A stretch of DNA of 64,000 nucleotides from an uncultured Gemmatimonadales bacterium (GCA_963828735.1 CAWHFW010000006.1:32001-96000), one strand, 5' to 3'. Counted from the first letter of the stretch, positions 41,577 through 51,354 are shown. The notes: generated by a model not told the origin, from the letters alone. Translations and numbers: made by a program.

Positions 41577-41746
41577 CGCGATTCCGGCGGCGGTCGTCTA
41601 CCGCACGGAAGGGATGGCGCGCTCGCCTCGTAGGGCCTTGCGCGTCGGTCGGCCGGGTCCTTACATGGGTCGAGTCAGGACAGCGTCAGCACCCGCCGAC
41701 TCGTGCGGCGCGCTCGACCCTCACGCCTCCGATGGAGGACCAACCC

Positions 41747-42235
41747 ATGCTCCTGCTTCTCGTGCGTCACGCACACGCCGGCGACCGCGATCCCGACCGT
41801 TGGCCCGACGACCGCGAACGCCCGCTGACCGACAAGGGCCGGAAGACCCAGCGCCGCGTGAGCCGGAGTCTGGGCCAGCTCGAGCTCGCGCCCACCGCCG
41901 TGCTCACGAGCCCGTGGACCCGCGCGGCGCAAACGGCCGAGATCATCGTCAGCGAGCTCGGCCTGCCTCAGCCGCCGGTGCCCGCCGAAGCGCTGGCCAC
42001 CACACCGGACCTCTCCCGCCTGGCCGACGACATCGGCGAACCCGGCAACAACGCGATCGTGGCGCTGGTCGGGCATTCGCCGTGGATCGAGGAGCTGGCG
42101 GCTCTCCTGTTGACCGGTGAGACGGCGGGCCTCCGGATCGACTATCCGAAGAGCGGCGTGATGGCGATCGACCTGGAGCGGCCGGCCGCGGCCGCGGGCG
42201 AGCTCCGGTTCTTTCTGAGGCCGAAGATGGCCTGA
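41747..42235 (+). CDS. sixA: SixA-like phosphohistidine phosphatase
   Basis: LLLVRHAHA, RPLTDKG, TSPWTRAAQTA, LVGHSP; GGAGG RBS. Confidence 0.88.
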   Translation: MLLLLVRHAHAGDRDPDRWPDDRERPLTDKGRKTQRRVSRSLGQLELAPTAVLTSPWTRAAQTAEIIVSELGLPQPPVPAEALATTPDLSRLADDIGEPGNNAIVALVGHSPWIEELAALLLTGETAGLRIDYPKSGVMAIDLERPAAAAGELRFFLRPKMA

Positions 42236-42278
42236 GGGAGGGCGGGCGGCCCGGGAGGATCGTGAGAACGAGGCCGCC

Positions 42279-43307
42279 TCAATCCTCCGTCTGCCCGAAG
42301 ATCGCCAGGTTCGACGAATGCCCCGGGTTCACCTTCGCCTTGGGGTTGATGTAGTGCACCGCGTTGTTCACCGCGATGCACGCCTCCGCGGCGCCGGTGG
42401 CGATGAGCTTGAGCTTGCCGGGATAGGCGGTGATGTCGCCGGCCGCGTAGATCCCCGGCACGTTCGTCTCCATGAGCTGGTTGACCTTGATGTCGGCCTT
42501 CTCGGTGTCGAGTCCCCACTCCTTGATGGCGCCGAGATCCGAGTGGAAGCCGAGGAGGGGGATGACGGCATCGAGCTCGAGCGTCTCCTCCTCCTTGGTC
42601 TTGCTGTTGACGATCGTCACCCGCTCGACCCGCCCGTTCCCCTCGATCCGCTTCACCTCCCAGAACGTCCGCAGGTCGCACCGGCCCTGGCGACACAGCT
42701 CGTGCACCTGATTGATCGTCGCGGCGTGCGCGCGGAAGCCGTCGCGCCGGTGGATCAGCATGATGGACTTGGCGACCCCCTGCAGGTTGACCGCCCAGTC
42801 GAAGGCCGAGTCCCCGCCTCCGACGAGGAGCACCCGCGCGCCCTCGAACTGCTTCGGGTCGAGGACCTTGAAGTAGAGCCCCTTCTCCTCGAAGGCGTCC
42901 TCGCCCGCGATGCCGAGGCGGCGGGCCTCGAAGGCCCCGATCCCGGCCGCGATCACGATGGTGCGCGACGGGTAGTCCCCGCCGTCGGTCTCGAGCACCA
43001 GATGACCGCCGTGATCGTCCTCGACCCGCCGCAGGCCGGTCACGATCTCGCCCAGGTGGGTGGTGGCGCCGAACTGAAGCCCCTGCGCGGCCATGTCCCG
43101 CACCAGGTCCTTGGCGAGAACCTTGGGAAACCCGGCGACGTCGAAGATGTATTTCTCCGGGTAGAGCGCCATCAGCTGGCCGCCCAGAGCGGGGAGCGCG
43201 TCGACGATCCGCGCCGACGCGCCCCGCATGCCCGCGTAGAACGCCGCGAACAGGCCGGTGGGCCCCCCGCCGATGATCGAGATGTCCTTCAGGTCCTGCT
43301 CTGCCAC
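42279..43307 (-). CDS. Ferredoxin-NADP+ reductase (YumC/TrxB-like, no CxxC)
   Basis: IIGGGPTG, GGQLMALYPEKYIFDVAGFP, GGGDSAFDWA, HRRDGFRAH, YPGKLKLI, PGHSS. Confidence 0.92.
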   Translation of the reverse strand: MAEQDLKDISIIGGGPTGLFAAFYAGMRGASARIVDALPALGGQLMALYPEKYIFDVAGFPKVLAKDLVRDMAAQGLQFGATTHLGEIVTGLRRVEDDHGGHLVLETDGGDYPSRTIVIAAGIGAFEARRLGIAGEDAFEEKGLYFKVLDPKQFEGARVLLVGGGDSAFDWAVNLQGVAKSIMLIHRRDGFRAHAATINQVHELCRQGRCDLRTFWEVKRIEGNGRVERVTIVNSKTKEEETLELDAVIPLLGFHSDLGAIKEWGLDTEKADIKVNQLMETNVPGIYAAGDITAYPGKLKLIATGAAEACIAVNNAVHYINPKAKVNPGHSSNLAIFGQTED

Positions 43308-43411
43308 GTGCGCTCCTGCGGTGGACGACGGGGGTTCCGGGACAAGCGGTGGAATGTATAAAAATAGTCGGCGGTGTCATGTGCCCGGGCCCCTCCGGTA
43401 GTGTCGGGTTT

Positions 43412-43440
43412 TTGACTGTAACAGCTTCCGGTCGTAGCTT
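43412..43440 (+). promoter_or_regulatory. Sigma70-like promoter
   Basis: TTGACT-N17-TAGCTT, 35 nt upstream of the Cys-rich micro-ORF. Confidence 0.6.
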
Positions 43441-43475
43441 GGAGGGTGGCGGGCATTCCCGCCAAGGAGGACCCT

Positions 43476-43559
43476 ATGGCAGAGGCAAGCTGCGGCTGCA
43501 CCAAAGGCTGTTGCGATACAGGGTGTTGCTGCGGGACCAGCGCCTGCAAGTGCGGGTGA
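43476..43559 (+). CDS. 27-aa Cys-rich metallothionein-like peptide
   Basis: AAGGAGG RBS, then MAEASCGCTKGCCDTGCCCGTSACKCG* (9 Cys); promoter upstream and terminator downstream; not in the ORF track. Confidence 0.8.
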   Translation: MAEASCGCTKGCCDTGCCCGTSACKCG

Positions 43560-43582
43560 GCGAGTCCGGTGACTGAGTGAAG

Positions 43583-43610
43583 GGCCGGGGAATGCTCCCC
43601 GGCCTTTTTT
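43583..43610 (+). terminator. Rho-independent terminator
   Basis: GGCCGGGGA-ATGC-TCCCCGGCC followed by TTTTTT. Confidence 0.9.
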
Positions 43611-43675
43611 CTGGGCTCGCCCGCCTTGCAGCCGCGGGAGAACACCGTGATGGCCGCTCTGGAGGTGGACGGACC

Positions 43676-44227
43676 ATGTCGATGAAGATCTACACCCGGA
43701 CCGGCGACGAGGGCGAGACCGGCCTGTTCGGGGGCGGGCGGGTGCCCAAGGACCACCCCCGCGTCTCCGCCTACGGGGACGTGGACGAGCTCAACTCGAG
43801 CATCGGGGTCGCCCGCGCGATCGCGCCGCTCGAGTTCTTCGATCCGCTGCTCGAGTCGGTGCAACGGGACCTGTTCGCGATCGGCGGTCACCTCGCCACG
43901 CCCGACCCCGGGAAGGTGGCAAAGGCGCTCGAGAAGGCAGAGCTGTCGGAGGCACGGGTCGCCGAGTTCGAGCGCGTCATGGACGCGGCCGACGAGGACC
44001 TGCCTGCCCTCCGCGCGTTCGTGCTGCCCGGGGGGACGCCCAAGGCGGCCGCGCTGCACCTCGCCCGCACCGTGTGCCGCCGCGCGGAGCGGAGCGTGGT
44101 CCACCTCGCGCACGAATCCGAGGTGCCGCAACTCTTCGTGGTCTACCTCAATCGCCTGTCGGATCTGCTCTTCACGCTGGCCCGCCTGGCCAACCATCGC
44201 GATGGCGCGGGCGACGTCACATGGTGA
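43676..44227 (+). CDS. Cob(I)alamin adenosyltransferase (PduO type)
   Basis: KIYTRTGDEGETGL, YGDVDELNS, FVLPGG, RTVCRRAER, YLNRLSDLLF. Confidence 0.95.
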   Translation: MSMKIYTRTGDEGETGLFGGGRVPKDHPRVSAYGDVDELNSSIGVARAIAPLEFFDPLLESVQRDLFAIGGHLATPDPGKVAKALEKAELSEARVAEFERVMDAADEDLPALRAFVLPGGTPKAAALHLARTVCRRAERSVVHLAHESEVPQLFVVYLNRLSDLLFTLARLANHRDGAGDVTW

Positions 44228-44234
44228 GCGCCGG

Positions 44235-45327
44235 GTGAACGCGCCGCCGGTCGTCGTCACTCACGCCCTGGGCAGCTATCCGGTGTACGTCGAGCCTGGC
44301 GTGGTCGCCCGGCTCGAGGGGATCCTCGCCGAGCACCTGGACGCGCCGCGGATCGCGATGATCGCGGACAGCGCGGTGTACGGGCTGCTCCAGGCCGGTC
44401 ATCTCGGACGCTCGCCGTGGACCGGGGATGCGCCTTCTGTTTCCCCCCGGGGAAACCTCGAAGACGCGCGACCATTGGGCGCGACTCACCGACACGCTGC
44501 TCGCGCAAGGCTATGGCCGCGACAGCGGGATCATCACGCTGGGCGGCGGAGTGGCCGGCGACCTCGGCGGGTTCGTCGCGGCCACCTACATGCGCGGCGT
44601 GCCGTGCGTGCAGGTGCCGACCTCGCTGCTGGCGATGCTCGACGCGTCCGTGGGCGGCAAGACCGGCGTCGACACGCCGCAGGGCAAGAATCTGATCGGC
44701 GCATTCCATCCGCCGGTCGCGGTGCTGGCGGACCCGCGCGTGCTGGCGACGCTTCCCGAGCGTGACTATCGCGGTGGCATGGCCGAGGCGGTGAAGCACG
44801 GCCTGATCGCCGACGAGGAGTATTTCGCCTGGATGGAGCGGGAGGCGGACGCGCTCCTCGCGCGGGACGAGGCCGCACTCACGCGGCTCGTACGAAGAAG
44901 CGTCGAGATCAAGGCCGCGGTGGTGAGCGGGGACGAGCGCGAGGCGGGCCGCCGGGCGATCCTCAATGCCGGACATACGGTCGCGCACGCACTCGAGCGC
45001 GCGACGGACTTCGGGATCCCGCACGGCGAAGCCGTGGCGCTCGGCCTGGTGGCGGAATGCGCCCTGGCCGAGGCGGTGGGCGCGGCGGTGGGAGGCGTCG
45101 GCGGGCGAGTCTCGGCGCTGCTCGTCCGGCTCGGCCTGCCGATTCGGCTGGCCGAGCCGGTGGACGCCGACCGGATCATCGAGGGAATGGCGAGCGACAA
45201 GAAGAACCGTTCGGCCCGCGTGAGGTTCGCGCTGGCGAGCCGCCTAGGCGGCATGGATGCACAGGGGAGGTGGACGCGGGAGGCGCCGGAGCCTGCCGTC
45301 CGGCGCGCGCTCGACGCCATCGTCTAG
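44235..45327 (+). pseudogene. aroB: 3-dehydroquinate synthase, frameshift near 44432 (probably a sequencing error)
   Basis: N-terminus SYPVYVEPG in ORF 44202; GETSK, LGGGVAGDLGGF, DASVGGKTG, LNAGHT, HGEAV in ORF 44428..45327. Confidence 0.92.
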
Positions 45328-45332
45328 GACCG

Positions 45333-46559
45333 TCAGGCCGGACCCACGACAGCCACCGGAGTCGGCCGGTCCGTGCCCTGCGTCCCGTCGCCGAGCTGCC
45401 CCGAGCCGTTGTCTCCCCAGCAGAATGCGTGATGGTCCGTCGTCACCCCGCAGCTGTGCTGGCCGACGACCGGGACGCTGACGACGCTGAATGTATGCCC
45501 GCCCGCGACCGCGGTCGGTGTCGCCGTGTTGGACCCGCCAGTGCCGAGCTCGCCGTCTGCGTTCTGGCCCCAGCAGAGCGCCGCACCCGATACAGCGAGC
45601 GCGCAAGTGTGGAAGTCGGCGGCCTTGACCGACTGGAAGCGCCGGTTGGTGGCGAGGGCTACCGGTGTGAGGCCGAACCTCTGCACGGTGCTTGTACCCC
45701 AGCAATACAGGCGGTCGTCGGTGTTGAGACCGCAGGTATACGCGAAATCCGGACTTCCTCCGCCTATAGGCGAGATGAACCCCGATCCGGGCACGACCAG
45801 CTGCCAGCTCAACCCGCCCGCCACCAGGGTAGGCGTGGCGTGGTCGGTCCGCGTCCCGTCGCCCAGCTGTCCCAGAGCGTTGTCTCCCCAGCAGTAGGCG
45901 TGGTTGTCCGTGGTGGCGCCGCACGTGTGGGTGTTGCCCGGCAGCACCCGGCGGAAGTTCAGGCCGCCTGAGACCTTCACCGGCTTCCTGCTGAAGGAGA
46001 TGGAAGAGGAGGTGCCCAGCACCCCGTGGTCGTTGCTGCCCCAGCAATACGCGGCGCCTCCAGCGGCGATCCCGCAGGCGTATTGCCCGCCCGGGATCAC
46101 TTGGCGCCAGTGGTGCCCGCCAAACACCAGCGTGGGAACGAGCCGCCGCGCCGCGGTGGTGTTGTCGCCCACCGCACCGTTTGTGTTATCGCCCCAGCAG
46201 TACGCCAGGCTGTCGGTCGTGAGGCCGCAGGTGGTGCCCCCGCCCGCACGTACCTCGATGAACTTGAGGCCGCCCGCGACCTTCACCGGCCGGAGCCGGT
46301 TGGTGCGGCTGCCGTCGCCGAGCTGACCTACGGCATCGTTTCCCCAGCAGTAACCGACGTTGGCGGTCGTGACGCCGCAGGTGTACCCGGACCCGGCGGC
46401 GACCTGGCGGAAGGACAGGGGCTGTCCGCTGACGGCCAGCTGGGGCGCGGCTCCAGCTTCGGTGGGCCCCTGCGCGTCCTCCCGACAGCCGACCACGAGT
46501 ACGAGGGTGATCCCGAGCAGCGCTCGGACGTGCGGGGCCGGCGGGGGGAGGTTGGCCAT
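45333..46559 (-). CDS. RCC1-repeat (BLIP-II-like) lipoprotein
   Basis: Lipobox VVGC; about 7 repeats of TCG.T....YCWG.N..GQLGDG. Confidence 0.88.
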   Translation of the reverse strand: MANLPPPAPHVRALLGITLVLVVGCREDAQGPTEAGAAPQLAVSGQPLSFRQVAAGSGYTCGVTTANVGYCWGNDAVGQLGDGSRTNRLRPVKVAGGLKFIEVRAGGGTTCGLTTDSLAYCWGDNTNGAVGDNTTAARRLVPTLVFGGHHWRQVIPGGQYACGIAAGGAAYCWGSNDHGVLGTSSSISFSRKPVKVSGGLNFRRVLPGNTHTCGATTDNHAYCWGDNALGQLGDGTRTDHATPTLVAGGLSWQLVVPGSGFISPIGGGSPDFAYTCGLNTDDRLYCWGTSTVQRFGLTPVALATNRRFQSVKAADFHTCALAVSGAALCWGQNADGELGTGGSNTATPTAVAGGHTFSVVSVPVVGQHSCGVTTDHHAFCWGDNGSGQLGDGTQGTDRPTPVAVVGPA

Positions 46560-46771
46560 GGCGTGACCTCGGGGTCTGGGGGACTTTGGTGGCTGCAAGG
46601 CTACGAAGAGGGCTTCAAGCGGATCTCAAGCGTCCCGCGCGACTGGGGGCGGACGAGGCCGATCGAGCTTGGAGTGGCGACTGCCGGACTGCTCGGGCAG
46701 CCGCGTGCGGCCCGGCTGGCGCCCGCGTGTCGCACCCTCATAGCATCGTCCTTCCGCCATGACTGCTTACT

Positions 46772-46784
46772 TAAGCCGTTGATA
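46772..46784 (-). promoter_or_regulatory. IHF-type binding site
   Basis: Minus strand TATCAACGGCTTA matches WATCAANNNNTTR; sits within the palindromic AT patch GCCGTTGATATTAAATATCTTACGGC. Confidence 0.55.
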
Positions 46785-46901
46785 TTAAATATCTTACGGC
46801 AAAGCTGTTCCACTTTCCACCATCGGCGACCGGTTGCTCGGTGGACAAAGGTGGGAACCATCTGTCCGGAAACGATTTGTGATGTGGATTCAACATTTTG
46901 C

Positions 46902-46930
46902 TTGACCGCCAAACCAGCCATTCCTATATT
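46902..46930 (+). promoter_or_regulatory. Sigma70-like promoter of the sigma factor gene
   Basis: TTGACC-N17-TATATT. Confidence 0.6.
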
Positions 46931-47007
46931 CGATCCCTCCTCCTCGGCCGACCCGGCCGCCACAGCGCCGACATTCGCAACTCGTCATTCTACCCCTGGG
47001 GTTGTTT

Positions 47008-47898
47008 ATGGCCCATGTCCGTGCGAAAGCTCGTATGCTGGTCCGTTCCGCTCCGTCTGGCGCTTTCGATCAATACCTCCTCGACATCCAGAAACTCCCC
47101 ATGATCTCGGATCCCGAGGAAGAAAAGCGCCTGGCCAGGCGGGCCCTGGCCGGCGACGAGACGGCGGCGGAACGCCTGGTCACGGCCAACCTCAGGTTCG
47201 TCATCTCCTACGTGAAGAAGTACCAGGGGCACGGGCTCGATCTCTCCGAGCTCGTCGCCATCGGCAATGAAGGGCTCCTCAAGGCGGTCAAGAAGTTCGA
47301 TCCCGATCACGGCGTGAAGTTCATCTCCTACGCCGTCTGGTGGGTGCGGCAAGCGGTGCTGAAGGCGCTCGCGGAGCAGACGCGCAGCGTCCGCATCCCG
47401 CTCAACCAGAACTCCGCCCTGGTGCGGATGGCGCGGGCCCAGAGCTTCCTTGCCCAGGAGCTTGGCCGGGAGCCCACCGACCAGGAAATCGCCACCGCCC
47501 TCAACGACACCGTCGACAACATCCGCAGCGCCCGACGCATGACCTCGACCGAGGTCTCGCTCGACGCGCCGGTGGAGCGGCAGGACCGGAGCGCCAGCAC
47601 GTTCGGCGAGCGCGTGGCGGGCACCGGCCAGGGCGAGATCGAGGAGATGACCGACTGCCGCCTGCAGCGCGAGTTCATCGACCGCATCTTCGAGCGTCAT
47701 CTGACGCCGCGGGAGCGGAAGATCCTCTCGCTGTACTACGGCCTCGAGGAAGGCTCCGAGGCGCTCACCCTCGAGAAGATCGGGGAGCTCCTGGGCGTCA
47801 CCCGCGAGCGCATCCGGCAGATCCGCGAACGCGCGTTCGAGAAATTGCGCGACTCGCCGGACGTCCGGGCCCTCCGCGGGTTCTGGGGCGCGGCGTAG
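47008..47898 (+). CDS. RpoD/SigA-family sigma factor lacking region 1.1 (FCB-type)
   Basis: FDQYLLDIQK (1.2), LVTANLRFVIS, KFISYAVWWVRQ (2.3/2.4), TLEKIGELLGVTRERIRQI (4.2). Confidence 0.93.
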   Translation: MAHVRAKARMLVRSAPSGAFDQYLLDIQKLPMISDPEEEKRLARRALAGDETAAERLVTANLRFVISYVKKYQGHGLDLSELVAIGNEGLLKAVKKFDPDHGVKFISYAVWWVRQAVLKALAEQTRSVRIPLNQNSALVRMARAQSFLAQELGREPTDQEIATALNDTVDNIRSARRMTSTEVSLDAPVERQDRSASTFGERVAGTGQGEIEEMTDCRLQREFIDRIFERHLTPRERKILSLYYGLEEGSEALTLEKIGELLGVTRERIRQIRERAFEKLRDSPDVRALRGFWGAA

Positions 47899-48059
47899 GG
47901 GCGCCCGAGGGCGATCGGGCGGTTCTGCGGGCGGCGACGGGCTTCCGTCGCCGCCCGCCGTGTTTCCGGCCGGATCAGGGCGCCGCCTCGGCGTGTCACC
48001 GGCGCCTCGTCGTTGCCGCCGAGCCCGCCGCGCAAGCGATTCCTGCTAGATTGCTGAGC

Positions 48060-48725
48060 ATGCTCTCCCGCCTGCCCGTTTTTCCTCTGACGGTCGTACT
48101 GTTCCCGGGCACGCCGCTTCCCCTGCACATCTTCGAGCCGCGCTATCGCCGCATGCTCGCCGACTGCCTCGCCGGCGACCGGCGCTTCGGGATCACGCCG
48201 ACGGGCGCCGAGCGCGAGGCGCCCGACCCTGGCATGGTCGGATGCACCGCTGAAGTCCGGGTGAATCAGGAGCTCCCCGACGGCCAGTCGAACATCGTCG
48301 TACTCGGCGGCGAGCGCTTCGTCGTGGGGGCCGTGGTGGATGATCCGGCGCCGTATCACGTCGCGACCGTTCGGACCTTCGGCGATGAGCCCGAGACGAC
48401 CCCGCCGCCGGACCGGACCGAGCTTCTGCGCCAGGCTTTCACGCGGTACGCGACCCTGGTGCGCGAGCTGAGCGATATCGAGCCGCAGGAGCCCGATCTC
48501 CCCGACGAGCCGCTGCCGCTCTCGTTTCACGTCTCCGCCGGCATCGACGTCGGGGCACCGGTCAAGCAGCGGCTCCTGGTCGAGCGCTCCACCGCGCGGC
48601 GCGTCGAGGCGCTGCTCTTGGTGCTCGCGGCCATCACGGATACGGTCGAGCGCGCGCTCGATGTCCACCAGCGGGCGCATTCCAACGGGCGCGGCCACCG
48701 GGCGCCGCCGCTACCCGCGTCGTGA
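48060..48725 (+). CDS. LON peptidase substrate-binding domain protein
   Basis: LPVFPLTVVLFPGTPLPLHIFEPRYRRML. Confidence 0.9.
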   Translation: MLSRLPVFPLTVVLFPGTPLPLHIFEPRYRRMLADCLAGDRRFGITPTGAEREAPDPGMVGCTAEVRVNQELPDGQSNIVVLGGERFVVGAVVDDPAPYHVATVRTFGDEPETTPPPDRTELLRQAFTRYATLVRELSDIEPQEPDLPDEPLPLSFHVSAGIDVGAPVKQRLLVERSTARRVEALLLVLAAITDTVERALDVHQRAHSNGRGHRAPPLPAS

Positions 48726-50143
48726 TGAGCCCGCATCTCGTGGACGCCCTCAGTCGGATCGTCGGGCCGCGCTGGGTTCGGCACCGGCGCGCCGAGCTCA
48801 AGACCTACGCCATGGATGGCCTCCCGACGCGCGAATCGTTCCCGGGCGTCGTGGTCATGCCGGCGAACGCGGACGAGGTGCGCGAGACGATACGCCTCCT
48901 CCACCTCGCCGACGTGCCGTTCGTGGCGCGCGGCGCCGGCACGGGCCTCTCCGGGGGGGCCGTGGCCGATCCCGACGCGGTGCTCATCGCCCTCACCCGG
49001 ATGAACCGCATCCTCCACGTGAACCGCGCCCGCCGCCGCGCCGTCGTGCAGCCGGGCGTCGTCAACGCGCGGCTTTCCGAGGCCGTGGCGCCGCTCGGCC
49101 TCTACTATGTGCCCGACCCGTCGAGCCAGACGGCCTGCACGGTCGGCGGCAACGTCGCCGAGAACGCCGGCGGACCGCACTGTCTCAAGTACGGGGTCAC
49201 GACCAACCACATCGTCGAGCTCCAGGTGGTCCTGCCCGACGGCTCGACGGTCGCCCTCGGATCCCCCCATGGCGAGCCCTGGGGACCGGACCTGGTCGGG
49301 CTGTTCGTCGGGAGCGAAGGCATGTTCGGCATCGTCACGGCGATCACGGTGCGGCTCGAGCCGATGCCGCCCAGCGTGCGGACCCTGCTCGCCGACTTCC
49401 CGACCGTGCGCGCGGCGAGCGAGGCCGTCTCCTCGGTCATCGCGACGGGGATCGTGCCGGCGGCCATGGAGATGATGGACCGCGCCTGCGTCGCCGCCGT
49501 CGAGGCCTCGATCTACGCGGCGGGCTATCCGACCGACGCCGCTGCCGTGCTCCTCGTGGAGCTCGACGGCCAGGCGGACGCGGTCGACGCCGAGGCGGAG
49601 ATCGTGCAGGGGATCCTGCGGGAGCGGGGCGCGCGCTCGGTGCGGAGCGCGTCCTCCGCCGCCGATCGGGCGAAGCTGTGGCAAGGGCGCAAGAAGGCGT
49701 TCGGCGCCATGGGGCGGATCGCGCCCGACCTCGCGGTCCAGGACGCCGTGGTCCCGCGCTCGGCCCTCCCCGACATCATGGACCGCATCGCCGACATCCG
49801 CGACCGCCACCGGCTCAGCATCAGCAACGTCTTCCACGCCGGCGACGGCAACCTGCATCCGAACATCTCCTTCGACCGTCGGGACCCCGACGTGACGCAC
49901 CGGGTCCACGTGGCCTGTCAGGAGATCATGGCCGCGTGCGTCGAGGCCGGCGGCAGCATCACCGGCGAGCATGGAGTCGGCTCCGACAAGCTCGACTACA
50001 TGCCCTGGATCTTCGATCCGGAAACGCTCGGCGCGATGCGCGCTGTGCGGCGCGTTTTCGATCCCGCCGAGCGAGCGAATCCGGGTAAGGTTGTTCCCCT
50101 GCACGCCTGCCGCGAATGGCGCGCCGCGCCGGGGGCCAGATGA
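48722..50143 (+). CDS. glcD: Glycolate oxidase FAD subunit GlcD-like
   Basis: ARGAGTGLSGG, PDPSSQ, ENAGGPHCLKYGVT, GSEGMFG, HAGDGNLHP, GEHGVG. Confidence 0.9.
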   Translation: MMSPHLVDALSRIVGPRWVRHRRAELKTYAMDGLPTRESFPGVVVMPANADEVRETIRLLHLADVPFVARGAGTGLSGGAVADPDAVLIALTRMNRILHVNRARRRAVVQPGVVNARLSEAVAPLGLYYVPDPSSQTACTVGGNVAENAGGPHCLKYGVTTNHIVELQVVLPDGSTVALGSPHGEPWGPDLVGLFVGSEGMFGIVTAITVRLEPMPPSVRTLLADFPTVRAASEAVSSVIATGIVPAAMEMMDRACVAAVEASIYAAGYPTDAAAVLLVELDGQADAVDAEAEIVQGILRERGARSVRSASSAADRAKLWQGRKKAFGAMGRIAPDLAVQDAVVPRSALPDIMDRIADIRDRHRLSISNVFHAGDGNLHPNISFDRRDPDVTHRVHVACQEIMAACVEAGGSITGEHGVGSDKLDYMPWIFDPETLGAMRAVRRVFDPAERANPGKVVPLHACREWRAAPGAR

Positions 50144-51354
50144 GCGACGTCGTCCACGGCCGGCTCCGCGCGCTCCTCGGCTCGAGCGGCGTCGAGCGCG
50201 ATCAGGGCGGCATGCCACGCGCCATCCCCGACACCGCCGACGCACTCTCGCTCGTCTGCCGGCTCGCCCACGATGAGGGGTGGAAAATCCGCGTGGAGGG
50301 TCAGGGCACCTGGCTTCCGACTGACGCCCCGGCCGACCTCGCCGTGAGCACGCGCGCGCTCGATCAAGTGGTCTCGGTGAGTCCGGCCGACCTCGTGGCC
50401 ACCGTCCAGTCCGGCACGCCGCTCGAGGCGCTGCGCCGCCGCCTCGCGGACGAAGGCATGTGGCTCGCGCTCGATCCGCCGGGCCGGCCCGAGCGGAGCC
50501 TCGGCTCGGTCATCGCCACGGCCACCGCCGGCCCGCTGCGCCATGGCTTCGGTCCGGTGCGCGATCACGTGCTCGGCTGCACGGTCGCCACGGGCGACGG
50601 TCGCCTGGTCAAGGCCGGTGGGCGGGTGGTGAAGAACGTCGCCGGATACGACCTCACCAAGCTCCAGGTCGGCGGGTTCGGTGGGTTCGGCATCGTCGCC
50701 GAGGCACACCTCCGGCTCCGAGCTCTGCCCCGGGCGGACGTCACCCTCGTCGCGCGCGGCACCCGGGACACGCTCACCTCCGCCGCGCGGGACGTCATGG
50801 CCGCGGAGCTGGTGCCGGCCGCGCTCGAGCTGCTCTCGCCCGCGCTCGCGGCCGAGGCGGACTGGGTGCTTGCGGCGCGGTTTGTCGGCACCGACGCGGC
50901 CGTCCAGGGCGATGTCCGCCGGCTCGCGCCCATCGCCGAGCTGGCATGGCAGCCGCTGCCGACCGACCGCACGGCCGCGTTCTGGGGGCTCGTGGCGCGC
51001 GGCAGCCAGGGCGGCCCGATCACTCTCCGTCTCGGCGTCCTGGGCGACGGCGTCGACGACACCCTCGACCTCCTCGCGCACGATCTGGATGAAAAACTGC
51101 TCTCCGCTGGCGCGGGCTCGGGCATGATCCGCTGGACGGGCGATGCGCCGCTGGAGCGGCTTCGCGCGGTGCGCCGCACCGCCGCGGCCCGTGAGATCCC
51201 GATGACGCTCGAGCGGGCCCCGTGGGCCATGCGCAAGGCGCTGGGGCATTTCGGGGCGTATCGCGAGGGCGTCGGCCAACTGGTGGGCCGACTGCGGGAC
51301 ACGTTCGATCCAGGCCAGTGCCTGCAGGTCGCGCTCGAGGCGGCAGGGGAGTGA
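50140..51354 (+). CDS. glcE: Glycolate oxidase FAD subunit GlcE-like
   Basis: PADLVATVQSG, GGRVVKNVAGYDLTKL, FDP; lies between glcD and glcF. Confidence 0.88.
   Translation: MSDVVHGRLRALLGSSGVERDQGGMPRAIPDTADALSLVCRLAHDEGWKIRVEGQGTWLPTDAPADLAVSTRALDQVVSVSPADLVATVQSGTPLEALRRRLADEGMWLALDPPGRPERSLGSVIATATAGPLRHGFGPVRDHVLGCTVATGDGRLVKAGGRVVKNVAGYDLTKLQVGGFGGFGIVAEAHLRLRALPRADVTLVARGTRDTLTSAARDVMAAELVPAALELLSPALAAEADWVLAARFVGTDAAVQGDVRRLAPIAELAWQPLPTDRTAAFWGLVARGSQGGPITLRLGVLGDGVDDTLDLLAHDLDEKLLSAGAGSGMIRWTGDAPLERLRAVRRTAAAREIPMTLERAPWAMRKALGHFGAYREGVGQLVGRLRDTFDPGQCLQVALEAAGE

Noticed and set aside
41674..41693. SRP RNA-like CAGG...AGCA motif
   Set aside because: Lacks the GNRA tetraloop and the correct helix-8 spacing.
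43476..43559. Local RiPP (ranthipeptide/thiopeptide) biosynthetic cluster around the Cys-rich peptide
   Set aside because: No radical SAM, YcaO or LanM gene is adjacent, there is almost no leader peptide, and a terminator follows immediately. A metallothionein-like role is preferred.
44425..44460. Programmed ribosomal frameshifting in aroB or dacB
   Set aside because: I know of no precedent for these genes, and similar indels occur elsewhere in the window, so sequencing error is more parsimonious.
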